From contig CM052817.1 in the NCBI GenBank assembly GCA_028534125.1, forward strand, positions 81,532,001-81,596,000: a DNA stretch of 64,000 nucleotides, given 5' to 3'. Below the pieces are notes generated by a model, which had not been told where the DNA came from, made no database searches, and was given only the letters and a program-made list of their open reading frames with translations. Made by a program: the position numbers and the translations under genes. This DNA comes from Lama glama. Lineage: Eukaryota. Positions within the stretch are counted from its first letter, which is position 1. Each line of letters begins with the position of its first letter. Below are positions 50,562 through 63,349 of the stretch, one piece after another.

Positions 50562-51035
50562 GGATCTTGCCTTTGGTGTTCTATCTAAAACCTCGTTATT
50601 ATACCCAAAGTCATCTAGGATTTCTCAAATGTCACCTTCTAGTTGTATCATTTTGCATTTTACATTTAGGGCTAAGATTCATCTTGAGTTAATTCTTGTG
50701 AAGAGTGGAAGTTCTGTGTCTAGATTCATTTTTTTGCAGGTGGATGTCCAATTTTTTCAACACTATTTGTTGAAAAGACTATCTTTGCTCCACTGTATTG
50801 CCTTTAGTCCTTTGTTAGATTAGTTGACTATATTTATGTGGATCTATTTCTGGGCTCTCTATTCTGTTCCATTGATCTATTTGTTTATTCTTTTTCCAAT
50901 ACCATTTTGTCTTAATTATAGTTAGTCTTGAGGCTGGGTCGTGTCAGTCTGACAACTTTGTTCTTCCCTTTCAATGTTTTGTTGGCTATTCTGGATCTTT
51001 TACTCCATGTAAACTTGAGAATCAGTTTGTCACTG
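50562..51035 (-). mobile_element. L1MC/MD ORF2 fragment
   Basis: GGATGTCCAATTTTTTCAACACTATTTGTTGAAAAGACTATCTTTGCTCCACTGTATTGCCTTT is classic antisense ORF2. Confidence 0.9.
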
Positions 51036-52402
51036 TCCGTGGTTTTGTTGTTTTTGATGCTTTCAGTCATAGTGACTTGTATCCTTGTGTGTTTTGTGAT
51101 TTCTTTCTTTTAGGTTATATTATTTAGAAATTAATGTGTAAGAACTCTTTGAGGTCTCTATTTAAAGTGATCCTCTAGAGAGGGTATCTATATGCTTCTG
51201 CCAGGCATTAGAGAGTAATAACAGATATGCTGTCCTTTCTGGCTTCAAAGTATTTCCATCACTCATCTGTTTGGTTTTCTTTTCTTGTATATAATTTAAT
51301 TTTATACCCACCATAATTCTTTGCCATGAGAATTTTTCTGAATATGTAGTCTGCCATATTGATAGAGATAGAAACCAGGAAAGAAGAATGAACTATTCTG
51401 ATGAGTGAATTTGGGAAAGGAGCTAGTCATTCAAACCCCACCACTTCTGGCCCCTGATTTGGGATTCCTGGAGAGAGTGTGATGCTAATATTCTCTCTGG
51501 GAGATGGGGAGTTTAGTCAGCGTGGCTCTGCTCAGTGTTTGTCCACATCCGTCTGTGACAGGGATGTGGAGGGATTTTGACGGTCTTGTTTTGTTTTGTT
51601 TGTGATCTAAAAGAAATAGAAGCAAGTATTTTTGTCAAAAGTGAAGTCATTTTCCCTAATTGTCCTTATGAGTTATTGAGGTGATGATTTATTCCTGCCT
51701 TACTGATTCTATATCCAGATCTCAGTAGGTTCATGAGAGAAAAAAGAGGTGATTAACTTTAGCCATTTCCTTCTTAAATCCTATTTGTTTTTTTAGCATT
51801 GATAATAGGTAAATTTTGGTTAACAGTTTTTCAATCTATCTGTCTTATTCCTATTTTTAAAATTTCAGCCTCATAACTTTCAGGTTTGTTTTTGTAAACA
51901 TCGTATTTCTGAAAGTAAAACAAATGTCATTTGTGTCTCTAACTTGTGTCTTTTAATTTTTATGATTAATCCATTCACATATGTTGAGATTACTGATATT
52001 TGGACTTATTTTTATCATCTTATTTTGTATCACTTACTTACTGTGACTTTCCTTAGTCCACTCTTTTACATGAGTTTAAAAATTTTATTGATAATTTTAA
52101 TGATTTTTTTTTATTTCCTAAGTTTATGCTTGGTTCTTCTATTCTATTCCTTTCTTCCATCTCTCTTGCCTTCTAGTGTTCTTCAGATTTCTCTGTACCT
52201 TTCAGTTGTTTATGCTGACTTCCTTGTGTTTTAATCTCAGTGGTTATGATTTTTTGAGTGTTACCTAAGCAGAGACTGTTTCCTGTGTCTCCAAGCTAGG
52301 ACTCTTGGGTTTCCCAAAAGGCTGGTTTGTTAAGTTTGACTCTGTTCCACATCAACTTTTGTATTAACTTCTCACTGCGATATTCCTGCTGGATAAGGGT
52401 AG

Positions 52403-52863
52403 TATATCAGTTATCTCTGCTCCATCAGAAATCACCTCAAAACCTACTCACTTAAAATAACAGCAACCATAAATGTATTACACAATCCCATAGGTTGGTA
52501 AAGTGGGCAGAGCTCAGTTGTGTGGTTTTTCTGCTGATCTCAGTCTGTGGTCAGAATCCAGGTCAACTGGACTCTGATTGTTTGGGGAGGTGGTTAAGCT
52601 GAGTTGGATGAACTCTGCCCGTGATGGTCTCTCATTCTTGCTGGCTAGACTGACTTCTTCAACAGAGTAATCACTCCGTGAAGAGAGACAGCAGTTCTCA
52701 AAGGATAAGCAGTCTTTCAGTCACTACGTGAGCATGGTAACTATTGTTTTATTATTCAAAGTAAGTTATCCATCCAAGCCTAACTTCAAGGGATGGGGAA
52801 ATATACTCTACCTCTTGGTAGGAAGAGCTGCAAAGTATTGTGGTCATTTGTACCTTGTACCGT
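52403..52863 (-). mobile_element. MLT1 (MaLR) solo LTR, older subfamily
   Basis: TATATCAGTTATCT...AAAACCTACTCACTTAAAATAAC...GGAAGAGCTGCAAAGTATTGTGGTCATTTG. Confidence 0.85.
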
Positions 52864-53019
52864 AGGTTATGTGAATTTGGCCTCAGAAGAATGAAGGCTT
52901 GAAGTTCTAATTTCTTGAAGATGTCTTGAAGATTCTGATTCTCTTCCTATTGATTTAGGGGTAAAACCAATTTCTGATAGTATTCATCTTCATTTAGTAG
53001 TGATTCCAGAGACAATTTC

Positions 53020-53365
53020 CATTATAGACTGAATTGTGTCCCCATCCTGCATTTATATGTGAAGCCCTAACCCCCAATATGATGGTCTTTAGAGTGAGGC
53101 TTTTGGAAAGTCATTAAGGTCAGATGACATCATGATGGGATTAATGCCCTTTTAGGAAGAGATATTAGAGAGCTTGCACTAAGGAAAGGTCACATGACAG
53201 TAAGATGGCACCACCTACAAGACAAAAAGAGCTCTCTCCAGAACCAGCCATGCTGGCAACCACAATCTCAGACGTTCATCCTCCTGAACTCTGAGGAAAA
53301 TACTTTTTTTGTTAAGCCACTCTGTCTACTATATTTTGTTACAGAAGCCTGAGCTGACCAATACA
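53020..53365 (+). mobile_element. MLT1A-like (MaLR) solo LTR
   Basis: TATAGACTGAATTGTGTCCCC...GAAGCCCTAACCCCCAA...AAGCCACTCTGTCTA...GAGCTGACCAATACA; 5-bp TSD ATTTC/ACTTC. Confidence 0.9.
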
Positions 53366-53799
53366 ACTTCCCATCCTATGGCAGCCTGGGGGACTTGTTT
53401 ACTTTCTGTATTCCAGCTTTAAAATTTCTCCTGCCCTCCAATTTACCTCTCCTCATGAGCCACTCGGATTTAGTACCAGTTCATATCTCTGACTTTGGTT
53501 TCTTTCGTCATTTCTGACATCTGAAGATTTTTTTCTCTAAAATTTGATGAATGCAATATGGTTTCAATATGTTATGTTTTTGCTAAACCTTTTCTGTGAT
53601 TCAAGTGTTTTTCAGCAACATGTCCATTTAAAATATTCACTGAAAATCTGGTCTTGCCATCTTAATTATGATTCAGGGATAGTGGCTCTGAGGTTTCTAG
53701 AAGACAGAAACACGCAGTCACAGAAAATACATGCAGCAGCCAGTGCACTGGAGCAGGGAGACGATCGTCTTGGGGAATATGGACCAGGATCAGGGATCT

Positions 53800-54003
53800 C
53801 TAGTGCTGCGCTGTCTGATGTGGTAGCTGCTAGCTCTCGGTGACTATTTAAATTTAAACTAATTAAGATGAAATACAGCAACCAATTCTGTTTCTCAGGT
53901 TCAGTAGCCACATTTCCTGTGCTCAGTGGCCACGTGTGGCTCCTGGCTACAATGCTGTGCAGCTCAGTTAATCGCTTAAGAAATTTCTGCTGGGCAATGG
54001 CAC
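53800..54003. mobile_element. MER3-like hAT-Charlie MITE
   Basis: GACTATTTAAATTTAAACTAATTAAG...AGTAGCCACATTTCCTGTGCTCAGTGGCCACGTGTGGCT. Confidence 0.85.
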
Positions 54004-54874
54004 TATGGTGCGTTTGCTGAGTGTCAGACTAGAAAATGGCATAACTGAGACTTTGTATCTACTCAACCTGTGAAAGGAGATTAATTCCAAGCCCTATGAG
54101 ATAGATAGTGAGAAGGGACCTGGATTATTGATATTTTGACCCTGTCTTGATAAATAGTGACTCAGAAAATGAGGAGAGATTGAGTCTGACTGAATGTGAC
54201 ATCTGTAGATTCAATTACATAGTCAGAGCAAAGCAGAGACATCTTCCCAAACAAAAGAAAACAGAACAGAAAAATACCAGACAGAGGCTTATAAACGTCC
54301 CTGTCTTTTGTTTATGAGCTTTTTTGTTTTTTTGCTGATAATAAAAGTAATGTATGAGTGCTGTGGAATATTTGAACACCATAACAACTTCCTCGCCTTC
54401 TTATGCAGAATGCACCAAATGCGCTCTATTTCTTACCTAATGGCGGTGAGTCATCATTATTGAATTATAGGATGCTGCACCTAGAACAGAAAGGAGAACA
54501 ATGTTCCCCCCGACTAGGGGTGGGGTGCATTCAGAGAGATTTAAAGCGTGCATTTCCGCCTATATTAGGCGCCTCCATGGTGTAATTATTTCTTATCTTG
54601 CCATTCTTCCACCCCATACCTTCTCATTATCTGTAACTCCCTGTCTATGTGCTTCGAGTAGCTGTCACAGCAGTACTTCTGCTTTTTCTGTTTTCTGTAC
54701 CTCACTACACAATAAAATATGTCGGAAATGATCAGGTAATCAAAGTGGTCAAATTAAATTTTACCTTAACTATCTAAATACTTCTGACCTGCTCTGCTAC
54801 TAAGTGGTACGTATGACTCCCACGTCAATAGCTCCTCACTCATCATATCCCTCCTTCTCCTTGGAGATTCTCAG

Positions 54875-55005
54875 TGAGGCGCAATTGACAGAGCATGAAA
54901 TTTACAGTAAGAAAGTTGAGGGGTTAGACTCATGGCTCAGCTGTATGACTTGGCCTAAGCCAACCTCCTGTCTCCTTGAGGATCAGTTTTCTCATCTGTA
55001 AATCA
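54875..55005 (+). mobile_element. MIR SINE
   Basis: AGCTGTATGACTTGG...TCAGTTTTCTCATCTGTAAAT. Confidence 0.65.
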
Positions 55006-55021
55006 TCCTTTTCGGTATTAT

Positions 55022-55185
55022 CATCACTAACACTAAAAGAGTTCTTAGCATGCTTGGAGCTGTGCTTTAAACACGTCTCATGTGTTAATGCATTTTAATC
55101 TTCACAATATCCTGTGAACTAGGTGCTGTTATTTATCCACGTTTTACCCTTGAAGAAACTGAGATATGAACAGATTAAATAAACA
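55022..55185 (-). mobile_element. MIR SINE
   Basis: TTTAATCTTCACAATATCCTGTGAACTAGGTGCTGTTATT...GAAGAAACTGAGA. Confidence 0.75.
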
Positions 55186-57092
55186 GCTGTCATACCTATG
55201 CTTCCAAGTTGCAAGGGTTATGTTTCTTTGGGAGACATTTAATTGTCCTTTGGGTTCCCGATTTTGTTCTGGAGGATTGGAATTTGCGGTGATGGGTTTC
55301 TAGACAACAGCACATCATAAACTGCTTTGGGATTTCTAGAGATATCTCAGAGCAGCATCCTTCTCTAAACAAGTGGTCAGAGCCATGCAACCTCGGGACA
55401 AGCAAACGAAATTCAGTCAGTTTGGCTACAATCTGTTAGGGTTTTTTAAAATCTACGTGTGGTATTAATTTAAGCTTGGAATTTGGAAAGAGTCAAGACA
55501 AGGTTTACATGACAAAAAGAGACACTAATGCATTGGCTTATGAGGGAAAATATAGGTTTAGGAGAATTTTCACTCAATTTGATTTTTAAAAAGCATTTTC
55601 AAGATTTTATTTTGATACTAAATATTTATGTTAATGTGGGCTCAACAGTCTTGTTCTGGAAATAAACTTGTCTTTTTTCATATTTCTATGGCAATTCTCC
55701 CAAGTATAATTTGATGATTCAAGTAGAGTTCTGAGTATCTAAATGTCTTTAAAAAAATCTAATTGCCTCCATGTATAAACCAGGGACTTTGTTCGAAAAG
55801 AAAATCACACTTAGATATTTTTATTTTAGAAAAAACAAAGATATTGTGCAGAGATACCATTATCCCTTAGGCAGACATCAGTACTGGAAACTCTCTTTTC
55901 TGGGAACACGGCTCTCAGTGAAAGCTGGACAAATGGCATTTCCCACTGAACTCGAGAATGAATGATAAGATTACTATAGTGGACTCACATGAGCTAAATG
56001 TTACATGAAAGGAAACAGAACATATTAAAATCAATAACGATTTTCAAAAAGCCCATGTAGTGTTGCTCAGAGAATTGAAGGTGTTTTAGCATCTTCTTTA
56101 TGGTTCTTCTGCACACATAATCTCACATCCTCCTCACCATAATACCATATTCCCCAAAATATACAGACGAATTTTAGCATTTATATATATTTTAAAAGCT
56201 TAACATTAAACATTATAATAGATTTTAGTTTAGATGAAAGGGAAGTTATACATTAGGTTTAGCAACATTCCCCTTCAAATGATGATCATAAAATTGGGTT
56301 TCCCCAGTGGTGAATCACAGAAGTGACTCTGTGATTTTTCTCCTCTAGAGGCCATGGGAGTCTGCAGTCTTGGGGCCTTTGTCATGCTGTGCCTGAAGAC
56401 GGAAGCAGCTTATCGTCACCCTGGTTCGTCACGTTTTAGGACTGACCACCAGAGTCAGGCTGGCTCGGAGTGGCTAGGAGTAGGTTGATGCGATGTATTT
56501 CAAACAGCTTCCTCCACGGCGTATTTGTGTTTTGCAGGTTTGAGGGTAGCAGCTAACACACCAATAAAGCAAGACTATGTTCATTGGAAATTAGCAGGAG
56601 CCCCGAATGTGGGCTGGTACTTCATCTTGCTGGAAATTCTTGGTCTTTTTTTTTCCCTTAAAGCATATGTAACCTGATTAATGACAGGGCGGTTACTGTA
56701 ACATGGCTAAAGACCTATGGTTGGCAAAATTCAGAATGACTTTTAGATTACAATGCATCCACAGTGCATACATGCTAATTTTGTACTAATTTGCATTAGA
56801 AATCTTAATAAGATGTTTTAAATTCTTAAGGAAATCCTGGAGGAGGAGCAGACAATTTAACAATCCCACAAAGTGATGCTTTACAATGGGAGACAGGAAC
56901 CAAAGGTTGTAGCAGCTGTGTGTGAAAACGAACTCATTTAAATCCTGTTTGTTTACAAGTTTGCGTTGCATTGCTTCAACTCTAAACTCATGATGTTAGA
57001 CCAGTTCTGCGAAGTAAAAAGCATGGGCTGGATTGTGCGGGCCAGCACAGATCCAAAGCGTCCACCTTGCTGCCCTCATGTGTGCACTCTGG

Positions 57093-57127
57093 TTTTGTTT
57101 GTTTTTGTTTTTGTTTTTGTTTTTTTT
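57093..57127. repeat. (GTTTTT)n simple repeat
   Basis: Read directly. Confidence 0.85.
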
Positions 57128-57389
57128 CATTTATTTGATTTGGGGAAGTTTTTTGTTTGTTTGTTTCTGGGGTTTTTTGACAATGCATCCCAAACTTTAA
57201 TTGAGAAGATACAAGCACTATTATTATGGGCATACCTAAGGTTAGCCAAAGTTACTTATGAAAAAAGAAAAAAAAATTATTAAAAACACACTAACCCCAA
57301 GGTAACTATTTTTACGTCTTTGTAAATCTACTGTGAATAATATCTTGGTTACATTAACATAGGCATGTAGTTTTATAAGAATCAGTGGA

Positions 57390-57560
57390 ATTCTCAAGTG
57401 AAACATGCCTACTTCAAACTGTATAAACACCGAACATGCTGGACCTCAGCTTAACCACATCTCTCCGCGGCCATGTGAATTCTACCACTTTCACTCCCTA
57501 CTTCCTTGTCAATGGTCATCCCTTCTCCTGTTTCAACTGCTAGTAAGCTTTGTCCTGTGT
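57390..57560 (+). mobile_element. L2 fragment
   Basis: ACTTCAAACTGTATAAACACCGAAC...CTTCCTTGTCAATGGTCATC resembles L2 3' ORF region. Confidence 0.4.
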
Positions 57561-59389
57561 AGCTAAGCCTTTGTCTGCAATCTTTCCATTCAGGCAAGGG
57601 TAGATTCTTTCTTTAAAGTAATGTGATTAACTTCTTTACATAATATTTAGCAATAAAACAAAAATCCCATTTCCTTTCTCTTTTGAGAAATTAGTACTGC
57701 CTGGGAGAGTGATAAAGGAAAAGAGATGTTCTCTTTTTCAAATCCCAGGATCAGCAGTTTTGGAGCATAAAAAATTGAGAGAAAAATCTCAGTAGAGTGT
57801 TTTCCTTCTCTACTAGAATTATATGCATGTCTGTAATTCATCAGTTGGCAGCATCTTATAAGACCACGTTTGGGAAGTCAGTGAATGCCTCTGGATTAAT
57901 AAGGGCTGGAGTCTAAATAAAATTTGCAAGCAGATTAAACCTGGAGACGTGATGGTTGTTAAAGAGAGCTGAGGAGAAGGAGAAGTGAATATAAATTCTG
58001 CCAAGTGATTATGGGAAGAACTCCTCTAAGGGAAGGATCAGCAGCAGTTTAATGGTTGAACACCAAGAGCTAAACCCGAGTGCTGATTTTACATTCATAG
58101 AAATTATGTTAGAAGAGTGTGGCTAAAATTAAATTTACATTCCATTCCAACCTCCTATTTTTACCCTCTTCGTTCTACCATTTAAAAAAAAAAGGGAGAG
58201 TGAAACTTCATGTTCTTGGATTTGGAATTTAGCCAAAAATTGAATTCCTCTCTGCATTCTTGATTAAAATCCACTCATCTATTTTTGCAATCTTTGGATA
58301 TGGGCAGAAGGAGATTTATCAGATTCATACCATGTAACTCACGTAATGAAAAAATAGTTTTCTCTTCATGCTTCAGGCCTGACAGACAGGTAATAAAGAA
58401 TATGAGCTTGGCCTTGTTTGAAGGAATTTTATATTGAGAAAACAGTATGACACTTTCTAAATTTTTAAGAAACACAGGCATAATATTCAAGCATATGCCT
58501 GATCACAAAGTACAGGATATTCCATATCTAATTCCCATTAAATTTATAAGGACATATCTGGGATGTCAGCAGGTGTGCCTTCCCGAAAGTCTCTGTGTTC
58601 TGAAAAATCATACAGAAAAATGTCAAGGCCTATGGGAAAAACAGGGCTTGGGGAAAGACTTCCCCAAACCCATGCAATTTTATAACCAAAGCAACAATGA
58701 AAACAACAGTTGTTATGTTACAAAATAACAGCCCAGGGATGCTATCTTGGGGATATCAAATAGGCACAAAAACAACAAAGTAGGAACAGGGACTGGGGGC
58801 CACTGAGACAATGCAGATACAAGGGAAGTTCTGCCCTTTGGAGGAAGAGCAACCAGCAGAGAGCTAAGCTCAGGAGTGCTGTTCTGGGATGAGAGTCCCA
58901 GAAAAGCAGTTTGTTACTAATTTTCTTACAATACAGCTAAAAATATTCTTACCTGTGCAATAGTCAAAGTAAAAGTTTTTTCCTTTCCTAATAAATATTA
59001 TCATTCTATTCTTGCTCTAGCAGCCTCCCTTGCCTAGGAACATTTGTTTATGAAACTACTCGACTTCATATTACACTGGTGTCACCTCTCCTGCTTACCC
59101 ATCACATGAGCTAACTAACGTGAAAGAAATGTGGGCTGTAGCAGAACAATAGGCATCTCAGGAGCTATCTCTAATGCCCATTACTTTATTGAGCTACAAT
59201 GCCCTTGTCTATATATTTCTTCCTATATTTTAATAATCCTGGGTGGCCATTAAGAACCCCTCACATCTCTCTCTCCATACGTATATATCAATCTTATATA
59301 TTCCCCTAAATCTAAAGCTAAAGACAAGCATTATATTAATTTCTACTTTCCATAGTCATCTCTCCCAGGGACTTGCAATTGTTCAGAGG

Positions 59390-59810
59390 TAAAGAAAAAT
59401 CATGATATAAATGCAAAGGAGAAGCAGCCACCAGAGAGCTGAGAGGAGGACCCAGAGTGTTCAGCCACGGGGAAGGCAAGGCAAGAGCATGTGGCAGAAG
59501 GAGGAGAGGTCACCATCCTCAGACACAGCCCAGAGCTCACGGAAGGTGATGGCTGGTGGAGACCTGGTCTAAAGCCACATGAACCCATCAGTGGCTTTAA
59601 CAGGAAGAACTTCAGTGGAGTAGTATGGCTACAAATCAGATTTCAAGACTTTGAAGACCTTACTGGAGGAAACGCAGCAACAGAATGTAAATGACTCTTT
59701 CATGAAATTTGATTATAAAGTAGAAGTGAAAATTTGGGCAGTAGATGGAGGAAGATGTGACTTTGGTTGTTTGTTTTATTATGAGAAAATTCAAATGTTT
59801 AAATGCTATT
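59390..59810 (-). mobile_element. L2 fragment
   Basis: TTCAGTGGAGTAGT...AAATCAGATTTCAAG...GAATGTAAATGACTCTTTCATGAAATTTGATTATAAAG. Confidence 0.6.
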
Positions 59811-60228
59811 GTGGGAGGTGGTAACACAGAACATAGGCTAGAAAAATGAGGGTGGTCCCAGAGAAGGCAGGAGAAGTTGGGCAGCAGAGATGTAAAAGCA
59901 TGGTGGGCAAATTTTACGTTGTGATAGGAGACAAGAGGAAGTCATAGCTGCACCTGAATAAGGCTGGAGGATTAGAAGAGGGAAGTTGAAAAGGTATATG
60001 TTGCATATTCTCTGTTTTCTTTGAAGTAGAAGAGAAAAGAAAGTTATAGTGTTGGACCTTTGTAATAGCTGCTGTCAAGGACAAGAAAAAGATGCAAACC
60101 CTCTCCAGACAGCACAGAAGGACCATGAGATCAAAGATCCCCTTTCCTGATCATCTCTGGAACTCAGTCCGAACTGGTCCATGTGTGACACCCTTACTCG
60201 GAAGATGATTTAAGATCTGCATGCTCCA

Positions 60229-60809
60229 ATATCCAGAAGGAACCCTACTTCAAAATGACACCTGCATCCCAATGTTCATAGCAGTAGCCAAGACATGGAA
60301 ACAGCCTAAATGTCCATCAACAGATGACTGGATAAAGAAGATGTGGTATATTTATACAATGGAACACTATTCAGCTATAAAAACTGACAACATAATGCCA
60401 TTTGCAGCAACATGGATGTTCCTGAAGATTGTCATTCTAAGTGAAGTAAGCCAGAAAGAGAAAGAAAAATACCATATGAGATTGCTCATATGTGGAATCT
60501 GAAAAAATAAATAAATAAATACAAAACAGAAACAGACTCATAGACATAGAATACAAACTTGCGGTTGCCAAGGGGGAGAGGGGTGGGAAGGGACAGACTG
60601 GGATTTCAAAATGTAGAATAGATAAACAAGATTATACTGTATAGCACAGGGAAATATATACAAGATCTTATGGTAGCTCACAGAGAAAAAAATATGACAA
60701 AGAATATATATATGTTCACATATAACTGAAAAATTGTGCTCTACACTGGAATTTGACACAACATTGTAAAATGATTATAACTCAATAAAAAATGTTAGAA
60801 AAAAAAAAA
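60229..60809 (+). mobile_element. young 5'-truncated L1 (ORF2 C-terminus, 3'UTR, poly(A)) with perfect 17-bp TSD
   Basis: TSD AAGATCTGCATGCTCCA at 60212-60228 and 60810-60826; TT/AAGA endonuclease site; ORF ...AKTWKQPKCPSTDDWIKKMWYIYTMEHYSAIK...ICGI*. Confidence 0.96.
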
Positions 60810-61059
60810 AAGATCTGCATGCTCCAGGAGGGATGTCCATTTCCCTGTATAATCCTGAGGAGAACTACCCAGTCCAGATTTGGTTCTCACTGGGCTCTTG
60901 AGGAAAACAATTCTGTAAACCTCAGCAGCTCCTCTCTGCATGCTTCACCCAGGTGAGGTAGGAAGAACATGTCTTGGACATATGGCAGAAACGGATTGGC
61001 ATCTTGGCTTCCTGGTTTCTTATGGTATAGCATGGGTTTCATTCTCTGGATTTCTTTTA

Positions 61060-61190
61060 ATTTCTAAACAAAGGAAAATTAAACATCCATCTTTCACAGT
61101 TGTTACAAGGATTAAACAAGGTAGTAAATAAATAAATAAATAAATAAATAAAGTTCCTGGCCCAGAGTAGATACTCAGCAAATAAAGATT
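61060..61190 (+). mobile_element. MIR 3' part with (TAAA)n
   Basis: TCACAGTTGTTACAAGGATTAAA...CCTGGCCCAGAGTAGATACTCAGCAAAT. Confidence 0.65.
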
Positions 61191-61634
61191 GCCTTCCTTC
61201 TATAGTTAAATGCTGCTTCTAGATGTTGTTAGCTTAACAAGAGAGGAAATGATTAGACTGAGAATTTGGAACAAGACTCTGCCGACATGAAAAACATTTC
61301 TTTGCTTTCATCATTAAATTGTCAAACAATATCCACGGAAGAGGTTTGTTTTATGTATTTAGATTTTTCCAGTTAATAATAAGTGTGTATCTGAGAAAGA
61401 AGAAACATAGGGCTGCTACAACCTGACAGGTTGGCATTAAAGCTAGGGGGAAAAAAAAGAAAGCTAGCAGTTCTGATGCGGATAAAGATGAGTCACTCCT
61501 ATATTCTTTTTTCAGATTTCAACAGACTCATTCAGATCGATTAAACAATGGCTTACACAATGGGATAAAACTATTTCATTGACCAAAAATTCCTCCGAGT
61601 TAAATCCCAGAGTTTTAGGTGTTTATTTTATGTA

Positions 61635-61849
61635 CAGTTGACCCTGGAACAATGTGGTGGTTGGGAACAGTGCAAACATCCGTATGTACCTTTACAACTG
61701 GCCCTCCTTGTCTGCATCTTCTACATCTGTGGATGCAACACACTGCAGATTCAACCAACCGCACATCCCGTGGTAGGTATTTTGTGGAAAAAAATCTGTA
61801 TGGAAGTAGACCCACCCATTTCAAACCTGTGTTGTTCCAGGCTCAACCG
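61635..61849. mobile_element. MER8 (Tigger2-derived MITE)
   Basis: TA-CAGTTGACCCTGGAACAA...GCAGATTCAACCAACCGC...TTCAAACCTGTGTTGTTCCAGGCTCAACCG. Confidence 0.88.
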
Positions 61850-63349
61850 TGTTAGGTATAATTTGATGGTCTTTTCAGACATAGATACCTCTTTGGATCC
61901 ACTACCAAGCAAATCAAATACCAACCAGAAGACATCAAGTAGGCCCCCAGAAAGATTTGCTCTATGTCACATTTTAACTGGCGTCATAGGGCCTGTGTCA
62001 TGAATTATAGCTCAAGAAGTTTAAATACTTAAAGCTGTTTCAGACAGACACCATAGTAGCTTACACATGTCTGCATGTATACACACATGCACGTACAACG
62101 TAAACATTCTAGAAAGTTTACCGCTCTTTTTCATTTTGCTGGCAATTTATATTTGTTCTCAGAAATAAGACATCAGTTTTGTTTGGGGGTGCGTTTGTTG
62201 AGTGACAAATGCTCTTCCACAGAAACGGAAGTAAGACTCAACCCACCGACCTCAGTTGCTTTAGTGGACTGCTTTGCTTTCTCACTTGAAGAACTATCTT
62301 GGAGTCACCAGAGAAGTCAACCCACAAACAGAAACAAGGAGCCAACTGCCAAAGAATGGTACAAATGTGAGGACTGGCCTCGGGAACACCTCCCTTGAAC
62401 AAAGGGATGATTGAGCTCGTCCGGAAGCTTGCTGCTCGCAGCCTGAGAAGTGTTTCATTTGTGCTGCAACGATCCCTGGGACTGAGGTGTGGTTTGCTCA
62501 AGGGACAGTGTTCCCAGGGTGGGATGGGGACAAAGGGTCTGTATCATTTTTCACAATTTTATAAAATGCTTTGACAGGTCAATCCTGTGACATGACTTCA
62601 AGCCCAGCAGAGATGAACATTTCAGATTATAAATATCTGGTTCTTTCATATTTATCAGACTCTCTTCCAAGAGACTTGCTCTACCTGAGCTTTTATCACG
62701 TATTGCATATCAACGATATTAAGAGGCATAGTGTAATCATGCTTAAAAGAACCTTTTAAAGCATATAAGATTTATCAGATTGAAAAACACTACACTTTAC
62801 ATAGTAATGAGTTGGAACAGAGCACTTGATATAATAAATTGGGTCTTGTGGACAAATTGACTCTAAAACTTCAGATGATGAAAACATTGTTAACCTTGCA
62901 ATTTACAGCGAAATGGAAGATACAATAGAAGATACACAAGTTTTAGTGAGGAATAAAGGAAAATAAATGAAAGTATGAGACAGGAGTATGGCTTTGAACC
63001 TTTAATGGCAGCTTAAGAAGACTCAGAAAAGCTATTAGAGGCTATTGTTTAATACTTTACACTGACCCAGATCTAGCAAGGGCAGAAAAGCCTTAAAATA
63101 TTACTCAAATGGGTAAATGAGAGTCAGTCTAAGTAAAAGAGCAGTGGGTAGTTTAATTTAGAATTTATTTCTATTTCCTGATGGCAGTAAAAATCTCCAG
63201 CAATCAAAACAGTGACAAATGAGACTTCTGACCACTTCTAAGGGTTTTAGATGTTGAGGTCATGCTTCATTATCTCTAATTGGACTTTAAAATGTATCAT
63301 TTTTTTTCCTTAACACTTGCGTAGGATTTTTTTTTTCCTCATATGCTGC

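Larger units (their letters stand above)
51800..53663 (-). mobile_element. very old L1ME/HAL1-like 5' half, interrupted by two MLT1 LTRs
   Basis: TTAATCCATTCACATATGTTGAGATTACTGATAT (ORF2 start region) and terminal TCTTGCCATCTT (antisense AAGATGGC). Confidence 0.45.

Noticed and set aside
2941..61495. Scattered AP-1 (TGASTCA) sites
   Set aside because: Count is about what chance gives in 64 kb
61516..61600. Acceptor followed by SFRSIKQWL, reminiscent of a Rab helix
   Set aside because: Too short, no good donor and no other GTPase motifs in the window
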